From positions 266 through 64,265 of the forward strand of contig CBDBBO010000003.1 in assembly GCA_965203135.1 (NCBI GenBank): 64,000 nucleotides of DNA, written 5' to 3'. The position numbers were made by a program, and so were the translations under genes. Below the pieces are notes generated by a model. The model saw only the letters and a list, made by a program, of their open reading frames with translations. It ran no database searches and was not told where the DNA came from. The DNA is from Dehalococcoidia bacterium (lineage in GTDB: Bacteria; Chloroflexota; Dehalococcoidia; Lucifugimonadales; CATOSD01). This document shows, one piece after another, positions 7,653 to 16,532 of this stretch; position 1 is the stretch's first letter, and each line of letters starts with the position of its first letter.

Positions 7653-10241
7653 ATGAAGCGCTTGGTGGTTACGGCAGCCGTCAGGAAGGAGATGATTGAG
7701 ATAGACCAGTCGACTTTTCTTAGCCGCTGGCTCGCGGTCGTGACGGTTCTGGCCATCGCTGTCGTGCTGAGCGCCTGTAGCGACGACCCGGTTCCCACGC
7801 CGACCGATACGCCAGCCGCAACGCCTGCGACAGTGCATACGCCTACATCGACCGATTCGGCAACCCCCTCACCAATAACCACACCTACGCCAACCCCCGA
7901 ACAGACTCCCGCACCAACTCAGACCGCGACGCCGACTGCAACTCCCTCACCTGTTCCTACAGCCACACCTACGCTTACCCTCGAACCGACTCCCACGCCG
8001 ACTCCAACCCCTGAGCCGACGCCCACACCCACGCCCACTGTAGCGCCTACCACTTCCCTATCTGGTTCTTTCACCGATTCAACCGGTCGGAGGATCCGGT
8101 ATCGGGTCCACTATAATCAAGATTGGGACCTGAGCCAGCCGCGCGGGGCCGTAATCTTCTTTCATGGAAACAGCCGAGGCACCGAGGATGGCATGTTCTG
8201 GGGCCCAGACGAAGACGGGAGCGTACTTCCGCAGGGGCTGTTGTTTGTCCGGGTGGCGTCTCCAGAGTCCGGCGATGATTCTGACCATGCAGGCTCCGAG
8301 ACCAGTCTCTTTGGATACAGGCTGCACAGTGGTGGAATTAGGGGATGGCACGAAGCCGATTTTCGTCTGATCCACGAGCTATTGCAGAGCAACCTGGGAG
8401 GAAATGTCGCCCTTGACAAAGACAAGATCGTTTTTCAGGGAGGTTCTGACGGCACCGGTTTCTTGGCCAGATTCTTGGAGAGGTACTTCACCGTATATGG
8501 TGGCGGTTTTCACGCGTGGTGCGGCTATTTCTGGAACGGGTCCTATTCCCATCCTCCCCGAAAGGCCGCCTCGTGGGCGCCCACTGTTCCGTGGTCCAGG
8601 CACACAGCATCGGCAGTCGCACAACGGATGCGCGTATTCGTGGAAGCCACAACCGAAGACAAACTTCATGACGATGCCGTGGCAATGCGGGACTACTACC
8701 GGGACGTGCTGGGCCTGAACACACGATGGGACCTCGATGCTCCGGGAGGCCATTGTTGGATGGGCGCAACACCAAGACGTTCAATCGTGGAGTGGCTGTC
8801 CGAAACTCCTATCACGCAAGTTGCCGCAGGTACAGTCGCCGACCACGACGGCGACGGGCTGGCGAATGCGCTCGATCCGGACGACGACAATGACGGAGCG
8901 CCGGACATCATAGACGCCTTGCCCTTGGAACCGAGGGACTGGCTCGACACCGATTCAGACGGGACCGGAGACTTCGCCGACCGCGACGCCGACGGTGACG
9001 GCATCGAGAATGCGGCCGACCCGTTCTCCCTGGACCCGACAGAGTGGCGTGACAACGATGAAGACGGAATCGGCGACAACATCGATGTGGACGATGACAA
9101 CGACGGAGTTCCGGACAGCGCCGACCCGGATCCTCTCCGCGGCCCCCGCAACGACCAGCTGACGTTCAAATCTGTCAGTTCGGGGCAGCTTTACCTCACT
9201 TACCAACAGGTTCCATTTGCCCATGTTCACCGCAGCCAACCTGTGTCGATCAAGTACCCGGAGGCGCTCGGAAACCGCCAGTCCTGGCATTCCATCCGTT
9301 TGGGGGATGGGGCCAATCCGGTGTTCGAGATAATGATCGATTCCTACGAGCGCGATGAGTCGTGCGAAGACGTACTCCTCGCCAGGCTGTGCGACGCGCA
9401 GGCGCCCAACTTCTACTACTACGAGCGGTGGTACCACAAGATATACGTCGACAGGAACCGCAATGGGGACTTGACCGATGACGGACCGCCGCTGGTCATG
9501 GCTCGAAACGAGGAGGACCGGGACCATTCCCTTCCCTCGGCCCACGCCATCGTCAAGGTTCCCTATAGCACTGGCGAACTTCTGCCGTACGGGTTGCTCC
9601 TGTACCCGATGGGCGGACCCGAAGACATACGCCTGCGCTACGGGGGCGCAAGCGTGTGGATGGGTCTGGTGTCGGTTCCAGGCGCTGAACCGGTCCTGGT
9701 GGGAACGGTTGATATGAATGTCGACGGGGTGTTCAACACAGGGGAGTTGCGGTACAGCCCCTGGCCTCGCCAGGATGCCAGCATGTTGCAGGACTTTGTT
9801 TGTGTCGATAAGGATCGGGATGGCTGGCTGAGTGAGTGCGATCCTTACGTTGAACCGGAATCCGCCTTTCAACCCGTTTATGCGGACGAGCCGTTTACGT
9901 TAGACGGGCGAACCTACACGCTCGAAATCGCACCCACAGGTCACACGGTGCGTATCCGTGAAGCCTTCTCATCCACCACCCCTGAGCCGACGCCCACTGC
10001 TACTCCCCCACCCGTTGTCGAATCGCCATTGATTGCAACCTTCCTGGACACCCGGATACGCTGCCGCGCCTGGAACGCAGAAGCGAATGCACATAGACCC
10101 CGACACCATGCCGGTAGTCTCAACACGTGGCCCTCACGGAACGACGGCTGCTCGACGCCCAGGGCCGGACGCCGGTCATCGACTCGACGGAGCTGGCGGG
10201 CTGGTCTGCTTCGAGAAGCGGGAGTCCGCAAAGTTTCCTAA
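7653..10241 (+). CDS. Large secreted protein: Pro/Thr linker, alpha/beta-hydrolase-like domain, thrombospondin type-3 (Ca-binding) repeats, C-terminal beta-rich region
   Basis: N-terminal TM/signal LAVVTVLAIAVVLSAC. About 100 aa of PT-rich linker. AVIFFHGNS and QGGSDGTGF (GxSxG). DxDxDGxxDxxD arrays (DHDGDGLANALDPDDDNDGAPD..DTDSDGTGDFADRDADGDGIENAADP..DNDEDGIGDNIDVDDDNDGVPD). The last ~70 codons are Arg-rich and may be out of frame. Confidence 0.7.
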   Translation: MKRLVVTAAVRKEMIEIDQSTFLSRWLAVVTVLAIAVVLSACSDDPVPTPTDTPAATPATVHTPTSTDSATPSPITTPTPTPEQTPAPTQTATPTATPSPVPTATPTLTLEPTPTPTPTPEPTPTPTPTVAPTTSLSGSFTDSTGRRIRYRVHYNQDWDLSQPRGAVIFFHGNSRGTEDGMFWGPDEDGSVLPQGLLFVRVASPESGDDSDHAGSETSLFGYRLHSGGIRGWHEADFRLIHELLQSNLGGNVALDKDKIVFQGGSDGTGFLARFLERYFTVYGGGFHAWCGYFWNGSYSHPPRKAASWAPTVPWSRHTASAVAQRMRVFVEATTEDKLHDDAVAMRDYYRDVLGLNTRWDLDAPGGHCWMGATPRRSIVEWLSETPITQVAAGTVADHDGDGLANALDPDDDNDGAPDIIDALPLEPRDWLDTDSDGTGDFADRDADGDGIENAADPFSLDPTEWRDNDEDGIGDNIDVDDDNDGVPDSADPDPLRGPRNDQLTFKSVSSGQLYLTYQQVPFAHVHRSQPVSIKYPEALGNRQSWHSIRLGDGANPVFEIMIDSYERDESCEDVLLARLCDAQAPNFYYYERWYHKIYVDRNRNGDLTDDGPPLVMARNEEDRDHSLPSAHAIVKVPYSTGELLPYGLLLYPMGGPEDIRLRYGGASVWMGLVSVPGAEPVLVGTVDMNVDGVFNTGELRYSPWPRQDASMLQDFVCVDKDRDGWLSECDPYVEPESAFQPVYADEPFTLDGRTYTLEIAPTGHTVRIREAFSSTTPEPTPTATPPPVVESPLIATFLDTRIRCRAWNAEANAHRPRHHAGSLNTWPSRNDGCSTPRAGRRSSTRRSWRAGLLREAGVRKVS

Positions 10242-10313
10242 AGATCTCCTGCTACATTGACTACTACAGCAGGGCCGTGGGGCTCGGCAAGTAGTGAAGC
10301 AGGAGGTGTTGGT

Positions 10314-10847
10314 ATGAACAGGAAATGGATACCAATGGGGCTGATAGTGGGGCTGCTGGCCGCGGCCATAACCGGCGGCGCCGTGCTGGCCTCTGGCGGA
10401 GATGGGGCCGGGAACGGTGACCCCGATGCCGAGGAGGTGGTCGTGACGGATGGGGATGTCTCCGTCCTCAGCATCGAGAACACGGAGGTGGACTCGGGGG
10501 AGCCGGATGATCTGTCCGTAAGGGTCGCGGAGATTCTGGGCACGGACACCCAGGCGACGCACGATGCCATGGTGCAGGCGGACCAGGTCGATCTCGACCA
10601 TCTCGGGGTGGACGGCCAAGTGGAAGTGGGGGATGAGGATTCGGCATCTGTGGAAGCCGAAGGGATGTCGTATGCGGAGTACGGCGACAGGATCGGCGCA
10701 ATCCTCGGCGTGGACGGTGAGAGGGTCGCCCGGGCCATCGCCCAGGCTTACGAGGAGCTGTACGCGATAGAGCGGGACATCTGGGATAATGGCAGCGGAC
10801 GGGACGCGGAAGGCAAATACGAGTCCGGCAAGCATCCCGCCGGATAA
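10314..10847 (+). CDS. Membrane-anchored acidic hypothetical protein
   Basis: AGGAGG lies 7 nt before ATG 10314. One TM (WIPMGLIVGLLAAAITGGAVLA), then a D/E-rich sequence. Sits directly upstream of the two-component pair. Confidence 0.5.
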   Translation: MNRKWIPMGLIVGLLAAAITGGAVLASGGDGAGNGDPDAEEVVVTDGDVSVLSIENTEVDSGEPDDLSVRVAEILGTDTQATHDAMVQADQVDLDHLGVDGQVEVGDEDSASVEAEGMSYAEYGDRIGAILGVDGERVARAIAQAYEELYAIERDIWDNGSGRDAEGKYESGKHPAG

Positions 10848-10928
10848 CCCCGGCGTCCCGCGACGCAGGCCGAAGGCCGGGGCGGGCATCGGTCCCGCCT
10901 CGGCCCATGCCGCACAGAGGAGAGTGTC

Positions 10929-11666
10929 ATGCCCTCCAGGAACACTAACGGCGAGAAACACGGAGAGAAGCCCCTGGTGCTGGTCGTCGACGACGACCCC
11001 AACGTGGTCGCGCTGGCGCGCGGCTACCTGGAGCGGGACGGATACCGGGTGTCGGAGGCCGGCGACGGGCTCCGGGCGTTGGAGCTGGCCCGAAAGGAGC
11101 AGCCCTGCCTCGTGGTGCTGGATCTCATGCTCCCCGGCCTGGACGGGCTGGAGGTCTACCGTAGGCTGCAGGTGGAATCGATGGCGCCCGTCATCATGCT
11201 GACGGCGCGGGTGGAAGAGGCGGACCGGCTGGAGGGGCTGAACCTGGGGGCCGACGACTATATCACCAAGCCCTTCAGCCCCCGGGAACTGGCGGCCAGG
11301 GTCCGCGCCGTCCTGCGCCGCTCAGACCGGGAGAGCGCCGTTTCCGCATACCCGGAGCTTAGCTTCGACGGGATCAGGGTCAACCTGCGCACCCGGAAGG
11401 CGACGGTGGACGGCGCGGAGCTCGGCCTGACGCCAACGGAGCTCCGGCTGCTGACCCTCCTGCTCCAGGAACCCGGCAGAGTGTTCTCCCGCAACGACAT
11501 CATCGACAGGGCGCTCGGCGATGACTTCGACGGCTTCGACCGCGCCGTCGACACCCATGTGTCCGGTCTTCGCCGGAAGCTCGAAGCCGAAAGCCCGGGG
11601 AGCGCCGGGCACATCGAGACCGTGTATGGCGGCGGCTACCGGCTGCGTCATGGCGGGAGCGCCTGA
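10929..11666 (+). CDS. OmpR-family response regulator
   Basis: LVLVVDDDPN..VVLDLMLPGLDG..DDYITKPFSPREL receiver. Winged helix ..LTPTELRLLTLLL..VDTHVSGLRRKL..ETVYGGGYRL. Confidence 0.9.
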   Translation: MPSRNTNGEKHGEKPLVLVVDDDPNVVALARGYLERDGYRVSEAGDGLRALELARKEQPCLVVLDLMLPGLDGLEVYRRLQVESMAPVIMLTARVEEADRLEGLNLGADDYITKPFSPRELAARVRAVLRRSDRESAVSAYPELSFDGIRVNLRTRKATVDGAELGLTPTELRLLTLLLQEPGRVFSRNDIIDRALGDDFDGFDRAVDTHVSGLRRKLEAESPGSAGHIETVYGGGYRLRHGGSA

Positions 11667-11667
11667 C

Positions 11668-13107
11668 GTGCGTACTGGGATGCTGCACGACCTCGTTTCC
11701 AGCCTGCAATTCCGGCTGGTCGCGGGATTCGCGCTGACCATCGCCCTGACCCTCGCCGGGGCGGGAATCTTCATCAGCCTCGCCACCGAGACCCAGGTCG
11801 AACGGTTCGAGACCGATCAGGCCATGGCGCAGGCCGGGCGGGTCAGCGAGTTCATCTCCAATTACAGCATCGAGAACCCCGACCCCGCCGGACTAGGCCC
11901 CGATCTGCAATCGGTTGTCCAGCAGGCCGCCGACATCTCCGGGCTTCGCATAACCACCTACGACGCCCAGGGCAACGTCGTCGCCGACTCCAACCCTCCC
12001 TCTTCAATATCAAGCCCTCTGGAAGACCAATACGGGCCGAAGGAGGCGGAGTCCTTCTCCCTTCTATCCGACGGGGAGGTTGTGGGTTCCATCACCGCAT
12101 CCAGCGATTCTGGTCTTGAGGCGGAGCCTGGGCAGTTCGCCGTCAGCGACCCGGATGTTTCCCGCATAGCCCGCCACGTGGACCGCTACCTGCTGTGGGC
12201 CGGAATCGGCGTCGCGCTCCTGGGTACGGCGCTGGTGTGGATGCTCGCACGGCGCACGCTGGCCCCGGTGCGGAGGTTGGGAGCAACCGCCCGACAGTTG
12301 GGCCGGGGCGACCTGTCCCAACGGGCCGAGGTCGCCGGCCCCACCGAAATCCGGCATCTGGCCCACAGCTTCAACAGCATGGCCGCTGAGCTGGAAGAGG
12401 CCGAGGATCGCCGCCGCAGCCTCACCGCCGACATCGCCCACGAGCTGCGGACCCCTACCTCCAACATCCAGGGCTATATGGAGGCCATCAAGGACGGGGT
12501 GTTTCAGGCGACGCCGGAAACGGTGGACACCATCCACGAGCAGTCGCTCCTGCTGTCGCGGCTTGTCGACGACCTGCGCCTCCTCGCCCAGGTCGACGGC
12601 GGCGAGCTTCGGCTGCAACGGACGCAGACGCGCGTGGAAGAGTTGGTGCAGTCCTGCGTGGACGCCCTGCGGCCCCGGGCCGAAGCCAGCGGCGTGGCCC
12701 AGGACGTCGATGTGGCTGAAACCCTGCCGGAGCTGGACCTGGACCCGACCCGCATCTCTCAGGCGGTCGGCAACCTGCTGGACAACGCCGTCACCCACAC
12801 GCCGGAGGGCGGCAGGATAACGGTGTCTGCCCAAGCAAGTGGCAACGCTGTCGAAGTGCGGGTGGCGGACACCGGGCCGGGAATCGCTCCCGATGACCTG
12901 CCCCGCGTATTCGACCGCTTCTACCGCGCCGATCCCTCCCGTTCCCGCAGCACCGGCGGAAGCGGGCTTGGGCTAACCATAGCCCGGAGGCTCGTCGAGG
13001 CCCACGGCGGTTCCATCGAGGCCGAGAGCGTGGTGGGACAGGGCAGCCGGTTCACCATCCGCCTGCTGGCCGGACGGCGATCGAGTCGACGAAGGGCGTC
13101 CGGCTGA
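11668..13107 (+). CDS. Membrane sensor histidine kinase (TM-periplasmic-TM-HAMP-HisKA-HATPase)
   Basis: GTG sits 1 nt after the regulator stop. Two TM segments. H-box IAHELRTP. N/G boxes NLLDNAVTHTP, DTGPGI, GGSGLGLTIARRLVEAHGG. The ORF-track start 11521 overlaps the regulator and was not used. Confidence 0.85.
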   Translation: MRTGMLHDLVSSLQFRLVAGFALTIALTLAGAGIFISLATETQVERFETDQAMAQAGRVSEFISNYSIENPDPAGLGPDLQSVVQQAADISGLRITTYDAQGNVVADSNPPSSISSPLEDQYGPKEAESFSLLSDGEVVGSITASSDSGLEAEPGQFAVSDPDVSRIARHVDRYLLWAGIGVALLGTALVWMLARRTLAPVRRLGATARQLGRGDLSQRAEVAGPTEIRHLAHSFNSMAAELEEAEDRRRSLTADIAHELRTPTSNIQGYMEAIKDGVFQATPETVDTIHEQSLLLSRLVDDLRLLAQVDGGELRLQRTQTRVEELVQSCVDALRPRAEASGVAQDVDVAETLPELDLDPTRISQAVGNLLDNAVTHTPEGGRITVSAQASGNAVEVRVADTGPGIAPDDLPRVFDRFYRADPSRSRSTGGSGLGLTIARRLVEAHGGSIEAESVVGQGSRFTIRLLAGRRSSRRRASG

Positions 13108-13250
13108 GGGCGTCGAGCAGTTGTCGGTCTGAACGAGGCATGTATCAAACCTGCCCCTACAGTTGCGAGGGGCCAGAAGGCGGCCGGAGGGGGTGCAATT
13201 CCCCGCCGCCGTCCCCTAACCACTGATCACTGACCACTAACCACTCGCCC

Positions 13251-15924
13251 CTAATCGTTGTCCCTCACGGTGACCTTCACGCTCGGCCCGATCATTCCAT
13301 CGTACACCGGGTCCGGGACGCAGTCCTCCGGGTTGTCCAGCTGGCCGCACGGCACGGCGTAGATTTCGTGGTGGATCAGGGCCGCTCCGTCCTCCGAATC
13401 GTCGTCCTCCGCCGCCTCCACGGTGATGGGGACGCCCACGTTCCAGGCAAAGGCCCAGCCGTCCCACCTCCCATCCTCGGGGAGGGCGTAGCCGCTGGGC
13501 AGCAGGATCATGCCCTGGTGCCCCGCCAGGGAGTCCGAGAGTGTGTCGTCCCCGTCCCAGATGAGGGCCACCCGCACCGGCCAGGCCGGGCTGGCGCCCA
13601 GCCTCACCCGGTAGCTGGCCGAGCCGCCCTCGTTCACCGTCAGGCTCGCCGGGGTCACGATGATCCGGCCCGTGGCCGCCCGCCTCGTTCATTGCCCGCA
13701 CCCGGTAGGGCAGGAGCTGGCCGGCAGCGGCCATGTCCACCCAGATGGTCCCACCCACGTCCCTCGCCACCGTCGTCCAGGGGCTGGCCGACCGCTGCAC
13801 CTCGTAGTGGCTCACCTTATGGCCGTTCACCGTCTCTACCGGCTGCCACATGATGATGTTCGCCAGCGGCGTTTCCACCACCCTCACGCCGGCCGGCGCG
13901 TCGGGGTGTCCCTCGCCGGTTCCAGCGTGGGACGCGATGGTCGCCCTGTTGTTGTCGGGGATGTGGTCATAGTACTCCGCGGTGTGCCAGGTGTTGCCGC
14001 CGGCTTCGCAGGCGGACTCACTGGACGCGGCCACGCCCACGCCGTCGCTGTCGATGCAGACCGTGTAGTCCCGGACGCTCTCGATGGTGGCGGTGACCGG
14101 GTCTCCTTCGGCGGTGATGGTCAGGGTCGCCGACGGGCTCCGGCCCGAATAGGGGGCTATTTCCGGGGACTCCAGCTGGCCGATGGCCCAGACGCCCTCG
14201 CAGAGGCCGGCCTGGCAGGCGCCCTGGGCGTAGCTCCCCCGGCTGGGGTCGGCCACTGCCCCCTCCGGCACTCCGGTCAGCGTCACCTCGGCGGGGGTGG
14301 CGTCCGGCCCGTTGTTCACCGCCTCGATGGTGTAGGCCACCTTCCCCCTTGCGACCGCCGGGCTGGCTCCGGCGTCCCGCACCTCCAGTTCCGCCATGGG
14401 ACCGACGTGGAAGGTATAGGTGACAGTGTCGGTGTATGCGGTGCCCGACGTGGAGGCCCCGAAGGTCAGTTGAACCTTATGCGTGCCCAGCGCGCTGAAC
14501 TCGGCAATTAGGGCATATGGTGCTGATGTCGTAGATTCGGGAAGATCGAGCGGCCCGAGGGAGGTTCTTGTATCCGCGTCCAGGAAGGCGCCTCCCGCCT
14601 CGGGGCCGCCAAGAAGCGTAAACGCGCCGGGCCTTTGCTTCGGCTCCACGTCGCTGATCGCATAGGTGTACTGGGAGTAGCCGCTGGGGATGAGTTCCAT
14701 CAGGAGCCCTACTCCCGGCATCGCGTAAGAGCGAAGGTAGTGGTTACTATGGGCGCTTGTGGTGCCGGTCCGCCATTTCCCGTCATGCCGTCCCTGGGGA
14801 TCCTTGACATGGATGATCACCGATTCCGGCTGCAAGTACATATTGCCCAAATCGGTCGACGTAGGCGGGGCAGCTGTATCGTCTCGTCTTTGTTTCAGCC
14901 TCAGGAGCCGGTCGTTGAGGCTGAATTCGGCGACAAGCTCCAGCGTATCGTCCGTGCTGCAGGGGTAGGTGGTGACGCCGATGCACGGAACATATTTGAA
15001 CAGGTCGATTTCGCCGCGGTCAATCACCTCCGGCGGCCCGTCTCCCAGGCACACCGTCGCGACGTCGTCAAAACTCCAATCCTCGGAGTCGGGAGGCGTT
15101 ACTTGGACGATCTCCGCCGTCAGGCATCGCCTCTCCAGGGGAGCGCTGCCGCTCAGGTTCACGGGCATACTCAGCGTCTTGGTCCTCCTGGCATCGTTCC
15201 TCACCGCAAGTAAATCGCCGGCGCGCCAGATGGCGGTATTCCCCGAAATCGTGGTGTTCGACAGATTGGACGAGGCAAAGGACAGTCCCGGCGAAAGGGT
15301 GACCTTCACCTGCACGCCAGTCTTATCCCAGGCAGGGGTGTCGAGACGGTTAATGAAAGTAATGAAAGTGGTGTTTTTGCACTGACCTTGAAGACGGCCC
15401 GCCCGTCCGGCGCCGGGCGCAGGTCGGCCACCTCGACCTGCAGGCCCACGCCATCTCGCGAAAAACCAATATTCCCGGTGACGGCAAAAAACCATCTCTC
15501 GGCACGATTGTTGTATTCAAATCCCCGCGTCTCTTGTGGTGAGGACGAGACGATTGAGGCGCGTGCCTGAAAGAACTCAATGGCGGGGTCCCCCAGTCTC
15601 CTGGCCGAACGAGAGGGTTGCCGACCTTCCAGCTCTGATTTGCGGGATAGTCCATTTCCCATTGGCGAAACCTCCCGTGTGGGGAGTAATTTCGTCCACT
15701 ACTGGCGGGTCACTCTCGAAATTGACCACCACGTCATTAACAACTACCTCAGAGTCATTTGTCACTACTACACGAATTTTGCCGGTCTTGCCCTCCTCAA
15801 ACTCCACAGCAAGGTCTATAGGCTGGCGGTAGGACTCGTCCTGGGCCTGGACCGGCGCTGCAGCAGAGGTATAGGCCACCGCCAGGGCGATGATTGCTAC
15901 GATGAAGGTCGTTGGTCTTTTCAT
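13251..15924 (-). pseudogene. Large surface protein (signal peptide, DUF11-like repeats, FN3, Calx-like domain) split over four reading frames
   Basis: Four frame segments. 15924-15577 carries a signal peptide (IIALAVAYTSAAAPVQA-QDE). About 15600-15385 reads WFFAVTGNIGFSRDGVGLQVEVADL. About 15385-13685 has good protein-like sequence ending HYEVQRSASPWT..LPYRVRAMNEAG. 13658-13251 reads IIVTPASLTVNEGGSASYRV... Sequence downstream of each junction in the old frame turns Arg/Gly-rich. Confidence 0.6.
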
Positions 15925-16154
15925 GGCATCGAGTAGGGTGACGAGCTGTGCAGCGGCTGAAGTTGGCTGTCGTCGGGCCTGGTGAGGTCGTCGAGGAACC
16001 CGGACGAAACGACGCCATTCGAGGACGTCCCACCCAGGATTTCCGGCTTCTCAGCCAGCCTGGCGTGAACCTTGGCGGCATCCCACTTCACGCATCGAGG
16101 CAGCGCCGCCAAGACGTTGCCAGCCGATACGGGTGCAGCGCAAACACCAGTCAT
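15921..16154 (-). CDS. Hypothetical small protein (77 aa)
   Basis: Its stop overlaps the start of the downstream minus-strand gene by ATGA (15921-15924). No recognisable motif. Confidence 0.25.
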   Translation of the reverse strand: MTGVCAAPVSAGNVLAALPRCVKWDAAKVHARLAEKPEILGGTSSNGVVSSGFLDDLTRPDDSQLQPLHSSSPYSMP

Positions 16155-16532
16155 GGGCCTTCGAGCGTCTCCTTTGCGCCGATATTCATTCTTGGTCTGT
16201 TTCCGTTCGTTTCCTATCTTTGATATGTAATATTAATATATGGGCTGAGGCAGGGCCTCCAACGTAGCTCATATGCCCCGCCCCAACACCTCCCAGCTAT
16301 GTTCTACTTGATATGTAATCTCAATACAGGAGACAACGTACCACTTCGAGTACGATTACCGGGATGAACGGGTTCCACGGAACCCAGTGGTCAGAGTACC
16401 AGACGGCCTATCGCCTCCACGTGGTTTTTACCCCTTCTTTTGTGAAAAGCAGTGTATAATTCTGTGGAGACCCCCAGTGCATCCGGGGCCGGAAACGGGC
16501 TCCGCGACCCCCAACCCAGGAGGTAAGATTCG

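Noticed and set aside
11521-11667. ORF-track start of the histidine kinase at 11521
   Set aside because: It overlaps the last 49 codons of the response regulator in another frame. GTG 11668, 1 nt after the regulator stop and just before the first TM helix, is more plausible.
13108-13250. Terminator between the convergent kinase and surface-protein genes
   Set aside because: Only weak or imperfect GC hairpins (cccct..agggg; ggcgg..ggggg-tgcaatt-cccc-g-ccgcc) without U-tracts. Too weak to annotate.
13237-15495. 752-aa ORF taken as an intact gene
   Set aside because: Its first ~40 and last ~140 residues are Arg/Gly junk, while neighbouring frames carry the matching signal peptide and Calx-like end. 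It is treated as part of a frameshifted pseudogene.
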